Below, piece by piece: positions 16,755-25,639 of a DNA stretch of 32,000 bases. Made by a program: the position numbers and the translations under genes. Numbering within the stretch: the first letter of the stretch is position 1; every line of letters starts with the position of its first letter. Source of the DNA: an uncultured Opitutales bacterium. GTDB lineage: Bacteria > Verrucomicrobiota > Verrucomicrobiia > Opitutales > Intestinicryptomonadaceae. The notes beneath the pieces are model-generated. The model was not told where the DNA came from. It saw only the letters and a list, made by a program, of their open reading frames with translations, and searched no databases. The stretch is from the NCBI GenBank assembly GCA_934660865.1, contig CAKUIA010000015.1, positions 1 through 32,000 on the forward strand, given 5' to 3'.

Positions 16755-17942
16755 ATGAAAAATAGATTATCTGACTGGGCAAGAAACATTTCTCCTTCGC
16801 CGACTTTGGCAGTCGACGCAAAAGCAAAGGCTTTGAAAGCCGCAGGCAAAGACGTTTGCGGTTTCGGAACGGGCGAACCCGATTTCGATACCCCCGCCTT
16901 TATTAAAGACGATTGCGTAAAAGCCTTGATGGGCGGAGCTACAAAATACATAAACTCGGCGGGGCTTCCCGAATTGAGAAGCGCGTTGGCCGATATGTAC
17001 AACGAAAAGAAAAACCTTAAAGATATCAAAGCCGCGAATATGATTGTTTGCCCCGGCGGCAAGTTTGCGTGCTATTTGTCTATTATGGCCGTGTGCGGCA
17101 TTGGCGACGAAGTTATAATTCCCGCCCCGTATTGGGTAAGCTACCCCGAAATGGCGAAGTTGGCGGGGGCAAAGCCCGTGTTTGTATATTCCGACGACAC
17201 CACCGACTTTAAACCCACAGTAGAAAGCATAGAAAAGGCCATAACGCCAAACACAAAGCTTTTGATACTAAACAGTCCCTCAAATCCCACGGGCTCGGTT
17301 TATACCAAAGACGAATTAAAGGCTATTGCCGACTTGGCAATTAAGCACGACTTCTTTGTATTGTCCGACGAAATTTACGAAAACTTGGTATACGACGGCA
17401 TAACAACGCAGTCGATAGCGTCGGTTTCCGAAGAAATGCAGCAAAGGACTATTGTAGCCTCGGGCTTTAGCAAGTCGTATGCAATGACCGGCTGGAGGCT
17501 TGGTACGGTTTGCGCTCCCGACGACATTGCAAAGGCGGTTGCAAACCTCCAAAGCCAAACGACATCTAACGCCACAACATTTGCCCAATACGGCGCATTA
17601 AGCGCAATTAAAAACGCCGACAAAGCAGGGGAATCTATAAAGGCAATGTTGCAGAAGTTCGACGAAAGAAGAAGAAAAATGCTTGCCGGCTTAAATGCCA
17701 TCGACGGCATTACCTGCAACACCCCCAAAGGCGCGTTTTATCTTTTCCCGAATATTTCGGCGTTTAAAATGTCGTCGTCGGAATTTTGCTCGAAGCTGCT
17801 CGAAGAAGAGCTTATGGCAATAGTTCCAGGCGTGGCATTCGGCGCTGACAACTATGTTCGCTTTAGCTATGCGGTTTCCGATACCGTAATAGAAAAGGGT
17901 CTGGAAAGAATTGCGCGTTTTTGCGCAAGGCTGGGCAAATAA
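16755..17942 (+). CDS. Class I pyridoxal-phosphate aminotransferase (aspartate aminotransferase-like)
   Basis: The track ORF starts at TTG 16734; ATG 16755 (MKNRLSDWARNISPSPTLAV) is preferred. Contains GEPDFDTP, NSPSNPTG and the PLP-lysine motif SKSYAMTGWRLG. Confidence 0.9.
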   Translation: MKNRLSDWARNISPSPTLAVDAKAKALKAAGKDVCGFGTGEPDFDTPAFIKDDCVKALMGGATKYINSAGLPELRSALADMYNEKKNLKDIKAANMIVCPGGKFACYLSIMAVCGIGDEVIIPAPYWVSYPEMAKLAGAKPVFVYSDDTTDFKPTVESIEKAITPNTKLLILNSPSNPTGSVYTKDELKAIADLAIKHDFFVLSDEIYENLVYDGITTQSIASVSEEMQQRTIVASGFSKSYAMTGWRLGTVCAPDDIAKAVANLQSQTTSNATTFAQYGALSAIKNADKAGESIKAMLQKFDERRRKMLAGLNAIDGITCNTPKGAFYLFPNISAFKMSSSEFCSKLLEEELMAIVPGVAFGADNYVRFSYAVSDTVIEKGLERIARFCARLGK

Positions 17943-17955
17943 GTTTTTGCAAGGC

Positions 17956-17990
17956 GTGCGCAAATTTCAACGGTTTGCGCACGTTTTTTT
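17956..17990 (+). terminator. Stem-loop plus T-run after the aminotransferase gene
   Basis: GTGCGCAAA-tttcaacgg-TTTGCGCAC (9-bp perfect stem) followed by gTTTTTTT. It ends 12 nt before the tsaE ATG. Confidence 0.7.
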
Positions 17991-18001
17991 ATGCACTTAA
18001 A

Positions 18002-18424
18002 ATGGACGCAAAGGAAGAGCTAAAAAAAGGTTTTATATCGAACTCGCTTGAAGATACCGAGCGCGTTGCCGTCGCCTTTGCCCTGCAGGTGGAAAAAGAC
18101 GCCTTTATAACCCTAAGCGGCGACTTAGGCGCGGGCAAAACCGCATTTGTAAGGGCCATTGCAAAGGCATTGGGGGTAAAAGCGCAGGTAAAAAGCCCCT
18201 CGTTTAACATTTGCAATATTTATCCCGAAGGGCTTGTTCATATAGACGCCTACCGCATTAAAGGCGCTTTCGACCCAAGCGATTTCCTTATAGACGAGCT
18301 TGCGGCAAACCCCACAATTATTTGCGTAGAGTGGCCCGAAATGATTGCCGATTTTATTCCCCCAAACGCCTATAGGCTGAAATTTACGCTAAACGGGCAA
18401 AGCCGCAGAATAGTTTTAGAGTGA
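18002..18424 (+). CDS. tsaE: tRNA t6A37 threonylcarbamoyl-adenosine biosynthesis ATPase TsaE
   Basis: Trimmed to ATG 18002 (MDAKEELKKGF). Contains LSGDLGAGKTAFVRAIAKALGV, VKSPSFNI and HIDAYRI. Confidence 0.88.
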   Translation: MDAKEELKKGFISNSLEDTERVAVAFALQVEKDAFITLSGDLGAGKTAFVRAIAKALGVKAQVKSPSFNICNIYPEGLVHIDAYRIKGAFDPSDFLIDELAANPTIICVEWPEMIADFIPPNAYRLKFTLNGQSRRIVLE

Positions 18425-18793
18425 TTTTTTAACTATAAGCTGCGTTTGCATTGTTGCCACGGTTTCGCCTTCGCAGGCGATTTCAACAAGGGCAACCAAG
18501 GTTTTTTCGCTTTCGAAAACGGTTTTAGCCGTTGCAAAAATTTCGCAATTTGGCTTTGTGGGCTTTATGTATAAAATATTTGCGTTGCACGAAACCGCCT
18601 TTTTGCCGTTTTGGTTTGCAAGCAAAGCCGCGCAATAGTCGGCCATCGAAAATAAAAATCCGCCGTGCACCAAATCCAAAGCGTTTGTGTCGTCGCTTTT
18701 CGGGGTGGCCTTAATTCCTACAAAATCCGGCTTTCTTTCGACGATTTCAAAGCCGAGTTTCTTTGCAAAATATTCGTTTTCTATTGTGGTCAT
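18416..18793 (-). CDS. PaaI/YbgC-type hotdog-fold thioesterase
   Basis: 125 aa. The motif [16 protein letters not shown] is typical of PaaI-family thioesterases. Its 3' end overlaps tsaE convergently by 9 nt. Confidence 0.82.
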   Translation of the reverse strand: MTTIENEYFAKKLGFEIVERKPDFVGIKATPKSDDTNALDLVHGGFLFSMADYCAALLANQNGKKAVSCNANILYIKPTKPNCEIFATAKTVFESEKTLVALVEIACEGETVATMQTQLIVKKSL

Positions 18794-18874
18794 ATTTCAG
18801 AATTTCGCACTGCGCATTTTGTCGGGCAAGCCAAAAATATTTTAGCCGAATCTTTTTTTTACGAAACTGTATAT

Positions 18875-20176
18875 ATGAACAGAATAAAATGCGTAAAGGC
18901 GCGCGAAATTTTAGACTCGCGCGGGAACCCCACGGTGCAGGCCGAAGTTTTTTTAGACAACGGCATTTCGGCCGAGGCCGCCGTGCCGAGCGGCGCTTCG
19001 ACGGGGCAAAAGGAGGCGCTTGAGCTGCGCGACGGCAACGCCCGCTTTAAGGACAAAAAATGCCAAAAGCTTGCAAAAAAAAGATTTTTAGGCCGCGGGG
19101 TATTGGCGGCTGTTGCAAATGTAAACGGCAAAATTTCGAAGGCCATATCCGGAATGGACGTTTGCGGGCAGTTCGCAATAGACGCGGCTATGATAGAGCT
19201 AGACGGTACTGCCGACAAATCCAAGCTGGGGGCCAATGCGATTTTGGCGGTTTCGCTTGCATGCGCAAGGGCTGCGGCAAAGGCGCTTAACGTAGAGCTT
19301 TTTAGATATTTAGGCGGCATAAACGCAAGTGTTTTGCCCGTGCCTATGATGAACGTTTTAAATGCGGGCGCCCATAGCGACGCGCCCGTAGACATTCAGG
19401 AATTTATGATAGTGCCGAAAAACTTCGGCTCTTTTTCGGAATCGCTTAGGGCGGCGGCAGAGGTTTTCCAGACTCTAAAAAAGGTGCTTAAAAAGTCGGG
19501 CTATTCTACTGCGGTGGGCGACGAGGGCGGTTTTGCGCCAAACGTTCGCAGCACCGAAGAGGCTTTGGACATTATCGCAAACGCCGTAAGCGACGCGGGC
19601 TACGGCTTGGGCAAAGAGTTTTTCTTTGCATTGGATGTTGCCTCTTCGGAATTTTACGACGAAAAAAGCGGCGAATATGTGTTTAAAAAGTCGGGCGGTA
19701 TGCGTTTAAATTCGGCGCAAATGGTTGAATATTTAAGCGCGCTTAAAAGGCGCTATCCGATAATTTCCATAGAAGACGGCTGCGCCGAAAACGACTGGAA
19801 AGGCTGGCAAATCCTAACCGAAAAACTCGGCAAAAACACCCAGTTAGTGGGCGACGACCTAATGGTAACAAATATGCGCTACATAAAAGAGGCGGTACAA
19901 AAACGCGTTGCAAACGCAGTTCTTATAAAGCCCAACCAGGTTGGCACATTAAGCGAAACAATGCAGGCTATATCGTATGCAAAGAGGAAAGGCTACAAGT
20001 GCATAATTTCGCACCGTTCGGGCGAAACGGCCGATACCTTTATTGCCGACTTGGCCGTGGGCGTAAATTCCGGACAGATAAAAACGGGCTCGCTAAGCAG
20101 GTGCGACAGAACCGCAAAATACAACCGCCTTTTAAAGATAGAAGAGCTTTTGGGCTGTAGCGCCGTTTTCGGCTAG
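18875..20176 (+). CDS. eno: Enolase (phosphopyruvate hydratase)
   Basis: Trimmed to ATG 18875 ([25 protein letters not shown]). Contains SGASTG, and [18 protein letters not shown] with GQIKTGS. Carries a basic insertion of roughly 13 aa after ELRDGN. Confidence 0.97.
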   Translation: MNRIKCVKAREILDSRGNPTVQAEVFLDNGISAEAAVPSGASTGQKEALELRDGNARFKDKKCQKLAKKRFLGRGVLAAVANVNGKISKAISGMDVCGQFAIDAAMIELDGTADKSKLGANAILAVSLACARAAAKALNVELFRYLGGINASVLPVPMMNVLNAGAHSDAPVDIQEFMIVPKNFGSFSESLRAAAEVFQTLKKVLKKSGYSTAVGDEGGFAPNVRSTEEALDIIANAVSDAGYGLGKEFFFALDVASSEFYDEKSGEYVFKKSGGMRLNSAQMVEYLSALKRRYPIISIEDGCAENDWKGWQILTEKLGKNTQLVGDDLMVTNMRYIKEAVQKRVANAVLIKPNQVGTLSETMQAISYAKRKGYKCIISHRSGETADTFIADLAVGVNSGQIKTGSLSRCDRTAKYNRLLKIEELLGCSAVFG

Positions 20177-20214
20177 GGCGCATTTTTGCCGACTTTGTTT
20201 TTGTGTTTTGCACT

Positions 20215-20250
20215 AAAAAGCCCCCGAAAATTTTTCGGAGGCTTTGTTTG
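20215..20250. terminator. Bidirectional terminator between convergent eno and lpxD
   Basis: GCCCCCGAAA / TTTCGGAGGC stem with one mismatch. It is flanked by A5 on the left and TTTGTTTGCTTTTT on the right. Confidence 0.7.
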
Positions 20251-20261
20251 CTTTTTGTTTG

Positions 20262-21308
20262 CTAGAAAGTTTTTTTGCTTATGCCCAAGTGCTTTTCCAC
20301 GTCTCTTAGACGGTCTAGAATTTCGGGCAACTTTGTTTTTATGATGTCTACCTTATGCGCCTTTACATAGGGCATAGGCGGTGTGCCGCGCATATAAGAG
20401 CCTGCCGGAATGTCGCCGTTTACGCCGCTTTGGCCGCCGAGCATAACGCCGTCGCCTATATTTAGGTGGCCTGCAACGCCGACTTGCCCGCCCAAAACTA
20501 CATAGTTGCCCAGCTTTGTGCTGCCCGAAATGCCAACCTGCGAAACAAACAGGCAACCTTGCCCCGTTTGCACATTGTGGGCAATCTGCACAAGGTTGTC
20601 TATTTTTGTTCCCTGGCCAATCAAAGTCTTGTCGAACCTGGCTCTGTCTATGCAGGTGTTTGCTCCTATTTCAACATCGTCTTGAACGCACACAATGCCT
20701 ATTTGCGGAACTTTTGTATGCTGGCCGTTTACAAATTCGTAGCCGTAGCCGTCGGAACCTATAACAACTCCCGGTTGCAGCCTTACGCGGTCTTTAAGGA
20801 CGCACCTGTCCATAACAACGGCATTTGGCATAAGAAAGCAGTCTTCGCCCAAAGAGGCATTGCGCCCAATATAGTTGTGCGCTTGCAATACCGTGTTTTT
20901 GCCTATAACAGCGCCGTCTTCTACAATGCAAAGCGCGCCGATATGGGCGGTAGGGTCTACTTTTGCCGTGGGCGAAACAACCGCGGTAGGGTGCACAAAG
21001 CCCGCTTTGGGGGCGGGCCTTAACTGTTTTTCCAAAATGGCGCAAAGCTTCGAAAGCTCGGCCGACGGGTTTTCGGCTCTGAAAATAGACGCGCTTTCGG
21101 GAAGCTTGCCCTTATACGAATTGGGCAAGAGCAAAATCTTTGCCTTTGTTTCGGGAACAAGGTGCGAATATTTTTTGTTGCCCAAAAAACTTAGGTCGTT
21201 TTCGGTTGCCGCTTCCAGGCTGGCTATGGAGCTTATCGTAGCGCTTAAGTCGCCCTCGAAAGCCGAATTTTCGAATATGGTTGTAAGTTCTTTTGCCGTG
21301 AATTGCAT
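20262..21308 (-). CDS. lpxD: UDP-3-O-acylglucosamine N-acyltransferase
   Basis: 348 aa. The N-terminal domain [12 protein letters not shown]...LSFLGNKKY is followed by a long hexapeptide-repeat beta-helix and a C-terminal helix. Confidence 0.93.
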   Translation of the reverse strand: MQFTAKELTTIFENSAFEGDLSATISSIASLEAATENDLSFLGNKKYSHLVPETKAKILLLPNSYKGKLPESASIFRAENPSAELSKLCAILEKQLRPAPKAGFVHPTAVVSPTAKVDPTAHIGALCIVEDGAVIGKNTVLQAHNYIGRNASLGEDCFLMPNAVVMDRCVLKDRVRLQPGVVIGSDGYGYEFVNGQHTKVPQIGIVCVQDDVEIGANTCIDRARFDKTLIGQGTKIDNLVQIAHNVQTGQGCLFVSQVGISGSTKLGNYVVLGGQVGVAGHLNIGDGVMLGGQSGVNGDIPAGSYMRGTPPMPYVKAHKVDIIKTKLPEILDRLRDVEKHLGISKKTF

Positions 21309-21311
21309 AAA

Positions 21312-23603
21312 TTATTTCCTTTTTTGTTTTGCGTCGTCGGGGTATTCAACGCGCGTGTGGTATATGTTTAGCAGCGAAAACGCGAAAGATTCCCTTATCC
21401 TTGTAAGCTGTTTTACGGTTATGGGGGCGTCGTCCAGCTGTCCGTCGGTCATCTTTGCGTGGAATATTTTTGTTATAAGCTCGTCTACCGAATGCGGCGA
21501 AACCTTTTTAAGGCTGCGCGACGCCGCCTCGCAGGAGTCTGCAAGCATTATTATTGCGGCTTCCGCGCTTTGGGGTTTGGGGCCGTCGTAGCGGTAGGTG
21601 CTTTCGTCTACGCCCGCCATGCGCAGGGCGTTTTCAAGGTTGCTTTGCTTTGTTTCGCCCACGGCCTTTTGCGCTTTTGCGTAAAAGTAGCTTATTATGG
21701 AAGTGCCGTGGTGCTGCTGTATTATGTCGCAAATCTGGCGCGGCAGGTTGTTGTCTTCGGCTTTTTCCCTGCCTTCGGATATGTGGTTTTTAATTATCAG
21801 CGCCGACATAGACGGGCTTTGCCCGTCGTGCGGGTTGTCCATACCCCTTTGGTTTTCGGAGAAAAAGTGCGGCTTTGTTATTTTGCCTATGTCGTGGTAA
21901 AGGGCGCCAACCCTGCAAAGCATATAGTTTGCCTTTATTTCCTTTGCGGCTCTCTCGGCCAGTTGCGAAACCATTATGCTGTGCAAAAATGTTCCGGGGG
22001 CGTCTCTTTGCAGCTCGCTTAAAAGATTGTTCGAATAGTCGCTAAGCCCGAAAAGCGTAATGTTCGAGCACGAGTCGAACATCTGCTCGAACCAGCGCAA
22101 AACGCCCAAAATTATAAGCCCCGACACAAAGCCGACCATAACCGCGTTTAGCGACTGTATGGCTATGGTTTCCAAATTTTCGTTTTCGGCCATATTCGTG
22201 AAAAGGCAGCCCAAGCTTACTATCACTCCCGAAAAGAAGCAGCTCCATATTATCCTGTTTCTGGAAGTGGCCTTTTCGCACGCATAAACCGAAGCGAGCG
22301 TTGCTATAAACGCTATGATGAAAAATTCGAGACTTTCGCCTATCATTATTGTCGAAAACGCGCAAAGCATAAGCGAAAGCACAAAGCCCGTATACGCCGT
22401 TGCAATCAAAGCCTGTATTACTGGGCCTATCAGCACGGGCAGCGCGTACGCAAAATACACCAGGCTCGACGACCCCAAAAGCGTCGCCTTTTCGGTAAAG
22501 TCTATGAAAAATCTTATAAACAAAAGGTTTAATATAAGCAAAGTTACAAACGAAAATATTGTCTGTTTTCTTTTGCTTTTCGGGTTTTTGCTTACGGTTA
22601 TAAACAAGGCCGCCGCCGAAATCAAAAATATGGAAATGGTAAAATTGCTAAGCGAGCCCAGCCCCATTTTGTCGGACGCCTTTTTCGCCGCCGACAGGGC
22701 TTTCCGGTAGGCGATGATTTTCTCCTGGACAAGCGGCAGAATGTCTTTTGTAGATTCGGCGATAATGTCGCCTTCCCTTACATGAACGACAACGGGTTTT
22801 ACCGCGTCTCTTGCCTCGTTTTTGTTTTTTACGGTTGTCTCTTCGTCGTAGGCAATGTTCGGGCGTATCATTCCCGAAAACACCCTAAATAGCGCATGCG
22901 ACAGGTTTTCGCTATAGCCTATGGCGTTTATGTCGCGCCTAAGCTCGTTTCTTGCCTGCGACTCGCTGCGTTTGCCGTCTATGTTCGAAAAGTTTATGTT
23001 CGAGGCCGCTTTCGAGCTGAAAGTAGGGTCTGAATCGGCATATACGCCGTTTTTAAGTATGTTTTTGCAGGGGAATGCCGCATATTTGAATTTTTTTGCA
23101 AAGTCGTCGCCGTTTGTGTTTTCGAGGATAATCTGCAAGTCGGCCGGGTTTATGTTCACCCTTGCGGATTTGCGCAAGGTTTCGGCAAAGTCGTCGTAGG
23201 TTTTAGACTGCGCCTTTTGCTCGGCCGACAAGCCCGCATAGATTTTCTCTATCTCGCCGAATTCCTTTAAAAGGGCGCTAATTGCCGCGTCGAAATTGTT
23301 AAGCGACTTTTCGTCTATCTTGTACGACGGCACAATCATGTCGGCGTTTATGTCGCGCCTCTTTTTTGTGATAATGTCGCTCGTGTACGAAAAGTTTATC
23401 GTCGACATAATCGGCGAGTTGTCGGGGCGGTTTATCACAAACTGCGACTGGGTTCTCGTATTGCCGAAGAAGCATATCGTGTCGCAGACTATCGAAGTAA
23501 GTATTACAAACAGTATCCCAAGAAGGGTTTTCTTCTTGAAAATAACCGATTTTGCCGCCGTCGTTAGCAGGGGCTTTTTTAAATGTTTTCTTTTCCTAAT
23601 CAT
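21312..23603 (-). CDS. pgpH: 7TM-receptor HD-domain phosphohydrolase (PgpH/YqfF-like, candidate cyclic-di-AMP phosphodiesterase)
   Basis: 763 aa. N-terminal TM segment, an extracytoplasmic domain, about 7 TM helices, then an HD domain (FLHSIMVSQLAE, LYHDIGKITKPHFFSEN, IIQQHHGT). Downstream of phoH, as in many bacteria. Confidence 0.85.
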   Translation of the reverse strand: MIRKRKHLKKPLLTTAAKSVIFKKKTLLGILFVILTSIVCDTICFFGNTRTQSQFVINRPDNSPIMSTINFSYTSDIITKKRRDINADMIVPSYKIDEKSLNNFDAAISALLKEFGEIEKIYAGLSAEQKAQSKTYDDFAETLRKSARVNINPADLQIILENTNGDDFAKKFKYAAFPCKNILKNGVYADSDPTFSSKAASNINFSNIDGKRSESQARNELRRDINAIGYSENLSHALFRVFSGMIRPNIAYDEETTVKNKNEARDAVKPVVVHVREGDIIAESTKDILPLVQEKIIAYRKALSAAKKASDKMGLGSLSNFTISIFLISAAALFITVSKNPKSKRKQTIFSFVTLLILNLLFIRFFIDFTEKATLLGSSSLVYFAYALPVLIGPVIQALIATAYTGFVLSLMLCAFSTIMIGESLEFFIIAFIATLASVYACEKATSRNRIIWSCFFSGVIVSLGCLFTNMAENENLETIAIQSLNAVMVGFVSGLIILGVLRWFEQMFDSCSNITLFGLSDYSNNLLSELQRDAPGTFLHSIMVSQLAERAAKEIKANYMLCRVGALYHDIGKITKPHFFSENQRGMDNPHDGQSPSMSALIIKNHISEGREKAEDNNLPRQICDIIQQHHGTSIISYFYAKAQKAVGETKQSNLENALRMAGVDESTYRYDGPKPQSAEAAIIMLADSCEAASRSLKKVSPHSVDELITKIFHAKMTDGQLDDAPITVKQLTRIRESFAFSLLNIYHTRVEYPDDAKQKRK

Positions 23604-24570
23604 TTCTTAGCCACAAATCTTTGCCTTTTGCTTCGTAGGCCTGAATTATTTTTGTTACAAGGCTGTGTCTTACAACATCGCCGCTTTCGAATTTGAATAC
23701 GCAAATGCCGTCTATGCCGGTTAAAACCTCTACCGCGCCCTTTAAGCCCGATTTTTTATGCTTGGGCAAGTCTATTTGGGTTATGTCGCCGGTAACAATC
23801 ATTCGTGAATTTTCGCCGAGCCTGGTAAGGAACATAAGCATTTGTTCCATTGTGGTATTTTGCGCTTCGTCTAAAATTATATAGGCGTTTGCAAGTGTTC
23901 TGCCGCGCATGTAGGCTAGGGGGGCAATTTCTATAATGCGCTTTTCGGTAAGTACAGTTGCCTCTTCGTAGCCGAGCATATCGTATAGGGCGTCGTACAG
24001 GGGGCGCAAATACGGCAACAGCTTTTCCTGCAAATCTCCGGGCAAAAAGCCCAGGGCTTCGCCTGCTTCTACGGCCGGCCTTGTAAGTATTATCTTTTCT
24101 ATCTTGCCTTCCAGCAGCGACTTAATAGCCGAAGCTACCGCCAGATAGCTCTTGCCCGTTCCCGCGGGGCCTATTCCTATAACAATGTCGTTTTCGGCTA
24201 TGGCCTGCAGGTATTTTTTTTGATTTATGTTTTTGGGGACAATGCTCTTGCGTTTTAGCGAAATTTTAAGGGGATTGTCGAAAAGCTCTTCTATTTCGCC
24301 CATTTTGCCCGAAACGGATTTTTCCAGCAAATTTTTAAAATCGCAATCCGAAATTCTAAGCCCCTGTTTTTGCGCGGTGTTTAGTGCGTTGAAAAAACGC
24401 GCGGCCAATTCGGTGTTTTCGGGCTTGTCGGATTCTATTTTTAGCCAGTCGTCTCTCGAGCTAAGCTTTGCCGAAAGCTTTTTTTCGGCAAGCAAAAGGT
24501 TTTGGGGGTTATTGCCGTATAGTTGCGACACCGCCCTCGGGCTTTGAAATGTCAGAGTTTGTTCGTGCAT
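23596..24570 (-). CDS. phoH: PhoH-like ATPase (YbeZ family)
   Basis: 324 aa. Walker A GIGPAGTGKSYLAV, ILDEAQN and VTGDITQIDLP. Overlaps the pgpH start by 8 nt. Confidence 0.93.
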   Translation of the reverse strand: MHEQTLTFQSPRAVSQLYGNNPQNLLLAEKKLSAKLSSRDDWLKIESDKPENTELAARFFNALNTAQKQGLRISDCDFKNLLEKSVSGKMGEIEELFDNPLKISLKRKSIVPKNINQKKYLQAIAENDIVIGIGPAGTGKSYLAVASAIKSLLEGKIEKIILTRPAVEAGEALGFLPGDLQEKLLPYLRPLYDALYDMLGYEEATVLTEKRIIEIAPLAYMRGRTLANAYIILDEAQNTTMEQMLMFLTRLGENSRMIVTGDITQIDLPKHKKSGLKGAVEVLTGIDGICVFKFESGDVVRHSLVTKIIQAYEAKGKDLWLRND

Positions 24571-24573
24571 TGG

Positions 24574-25080
24574 CTATTTCTTTTTTTGCAGGGCTTTTAA
24601 GGCTTTCATAAGCCTTTCCCACAAAAAGTCCATAGATTCGGGCAAAACTTTTGTGTTTGCTATAACGGGCATAAAGTTTGTGTCGCCGTCCCAGCGGGGT
24701 ACAACATGGCAGTGCAGGTGCTGGGGTATACCGGCTCCCGCTTTCGAGCCCAAGTTAAAGCCAACGTTAAAACCGTCGGGTTTCATTGCCTTTGTTAAAA
24801 TTTCCTGCGCCAAAATTATCGCGTCGAAATATTCGGCCTTTTCCGCCTTTTTTAAATCGGCCATTTTCGATACCTGCCTTAGCGGAATTACAAGCAAATG
24901 CCCGCAGTTGTAGGGAAACTTGTTCATTACTATATAGCAATGTTTGCCCTTCCATATAAGGTGCACGCTTTTTTTGTCTTTTACCTTCGGGATTTCCACA
25001 AAGGGGTTTTTATGGCCTTGCCCCTCCTCTTTGGGGGCGTCTATGTAGGGCATTCTCCAATATGAGTGCAGCTTTTCCAT
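24574..25080 (-). CDS. HIT-family nucleotide hydrolase/phosphorylase (Ap4A-phosphorylase-like branch)
   Basis: 168 aa. Histidine triad HLHCHVVPRW, followed by DGDTNFMPV. N-terminal segment YWRMPYI. Confidence 0.82.
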   Translation of the reverse strand: MEKLHSYWRMPYIDAPKEEGQGHKNPFVEIPKVKDKKSVHLIWKGKHCYIVMNKFPYNCGHLLVIPLRQVSKMADLKKAEKAEYFDAIILAQEILTKAMKPDGFNVGFNLGSKAGAGIPQHLHCHVVPRWDGDTNFMPVIANTKVLPESMDFLWERLMKALKALQKKK

Positions 25081-25100
25081 ATCTTGTATATTTTCCGCAA

Positions 25101-25130
25101 ATTAAATCATAAAAGCTTGTTGCGTGTCAA
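25101..25130 (-). promoter_or_regulatory. Sigma-70-like promoter TTGACA-N18-TTTAAT for the HIT-phoH-pgpH-lpxD operon
   Basis: Reverse strand reads ttgTTGACAcgcaacaagcttttatgaTTTAATttgcgg. The -10 hexamer ends 20 nt before the ATG at 25080. The -35 is embedded in the inverted repeat TTGTTG-N5-CAACAA (25117-25133). Confidence 0.45.
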
Positions 25131-25219
25131 CAAATAAGGCTTTGGCGCAATTTTGCCGAAAAAACTAAGTTTTAGACAGCACGCCTATTGTAGTGCAAAC
25201 TATGGCGGTTTTGGGGCGC

Positions 25220-25248
25220 AAAAAAAGCCCCTTTTTTGAGAAAGGGGC
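25220..25248 (-). terminator. Rho-independent terminator of rpsU
   Basis: Minus strand forms GCCCCTTT-ctcaaa-AAAGGGGC (8 bp) followed by T7. It lies 14 nt after the stop. Confidence 0.85.
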
Positions 25249-25261
25249 GTTTTTAACTGCA

Positions 25262-25462
25262 TTAGCGGTTTTCGTAGCGCTGACGCAACATATTGTTGAA
25301 AGCTGCAACCTTGCGCTTGCGGCGCCTTACTTCGCAGGGCTTTTCAAAATAGCGCTTTTGGCGCGCGTCGCGGATAATGCCTTCGCGGTCGAGCTTTTTC
25401 TTGAGCCTGCGAAGCACTTTTTCCATAGCTTCACCCTTGCGGATTTTTAATTCTATTGCCAT
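25262..25462 (-). CDS. rpsU: 30S ribosomal protein S21 (bS21)
   Basis: 66 aa: MAIELKIRKGEAMEKVLRRLKKKLDREGIIRDARQKRYFEKPCEVRRRKRKVAAF. Typical S21 sequence and size. Confidence 0.95.
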   Translation of the reverse strand: MAIELKIRKGEAMEKVLRRLKKKLDREGIIRDARQKRYFEKPCEVRRRKRKVAAFNNMLRQRYENR

Positions 25463-25472
25463 TGTGTTAGGT

Positions 25473-25482
25473 TCACCTCCTT
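25473..25482 (-). promoter_or_regulatory. Extended Shine-Dalgarno AAGGAGGTGA upstream of rpsU
   Basis: Reverse strand reads gttgAAGGAGGTGAacctaacacaATG. This is a 10-nt match to the complement of the canonical 16S 3' tail. None of the other roughly 30 starts in the window has anything comparable. Confidence 0.7.
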
Positions 25483-25596
25483 CAACTTCTCCAAAGAGAA
25501 AAGAATTACAAGAGTGCTTTATTTTTTATGCACGTCAAGCCTTTTCGCAAAAATGGGGCAAAAATAAATTTTTTTGGGTGTTTGTTCCGAAAAAGG

Positions 25597-25626
25597 TTGC
25601 CAACACCCCCCGTTATGCGATTTAAA
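25597..25626 (+). promoter_or_regulatory. Candidate pyrG promoter TTGCCA-N18-TTTAAA(T)
   Basis: The sequence reads ggTTGCCAacaccccccgttatgcgaTTTAAAttg. The -10 ends 13 nt before ATG 25640, implying a very short leader. Confidence 0.35.
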
Positions 25627-25639
25627 TTGTTCCCCGTTT

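Noticed and set aside
18416-18424. There is a 9-nt convergent overlap between the tsaE and thioesterase 3' ends with no terminator between them.
   Set aside because: Short convergent overlaps are common in compact genomes. Nothing further distinguishes this site.
18665-18874. The ORF track gives N-terminal extensions: eno from 18665, pyrG from 25574, IMPase from 27880, nadC from 28746, tsaE from 17921, the DksA-like gene from 8959, GH92 C to 6173 and tmk to 15792.
   Set aside because: The extensions overlap upstream genes or terminators and lack homology to the known N-termini. An internal ATG restores the canonical N-terminus in every case.
25576-25608. A hairpin GGGTGTT-N19-AACACCC upstream of pyrG was considered as a CTP-sensing attenuator of the Bacillus pyrG type.
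   Set aside because: No U-run follows it. The 3' arm overlaps the best -35 candidate (TTGCCA 25597-25602), so it probably lies upstream of the transcription start.
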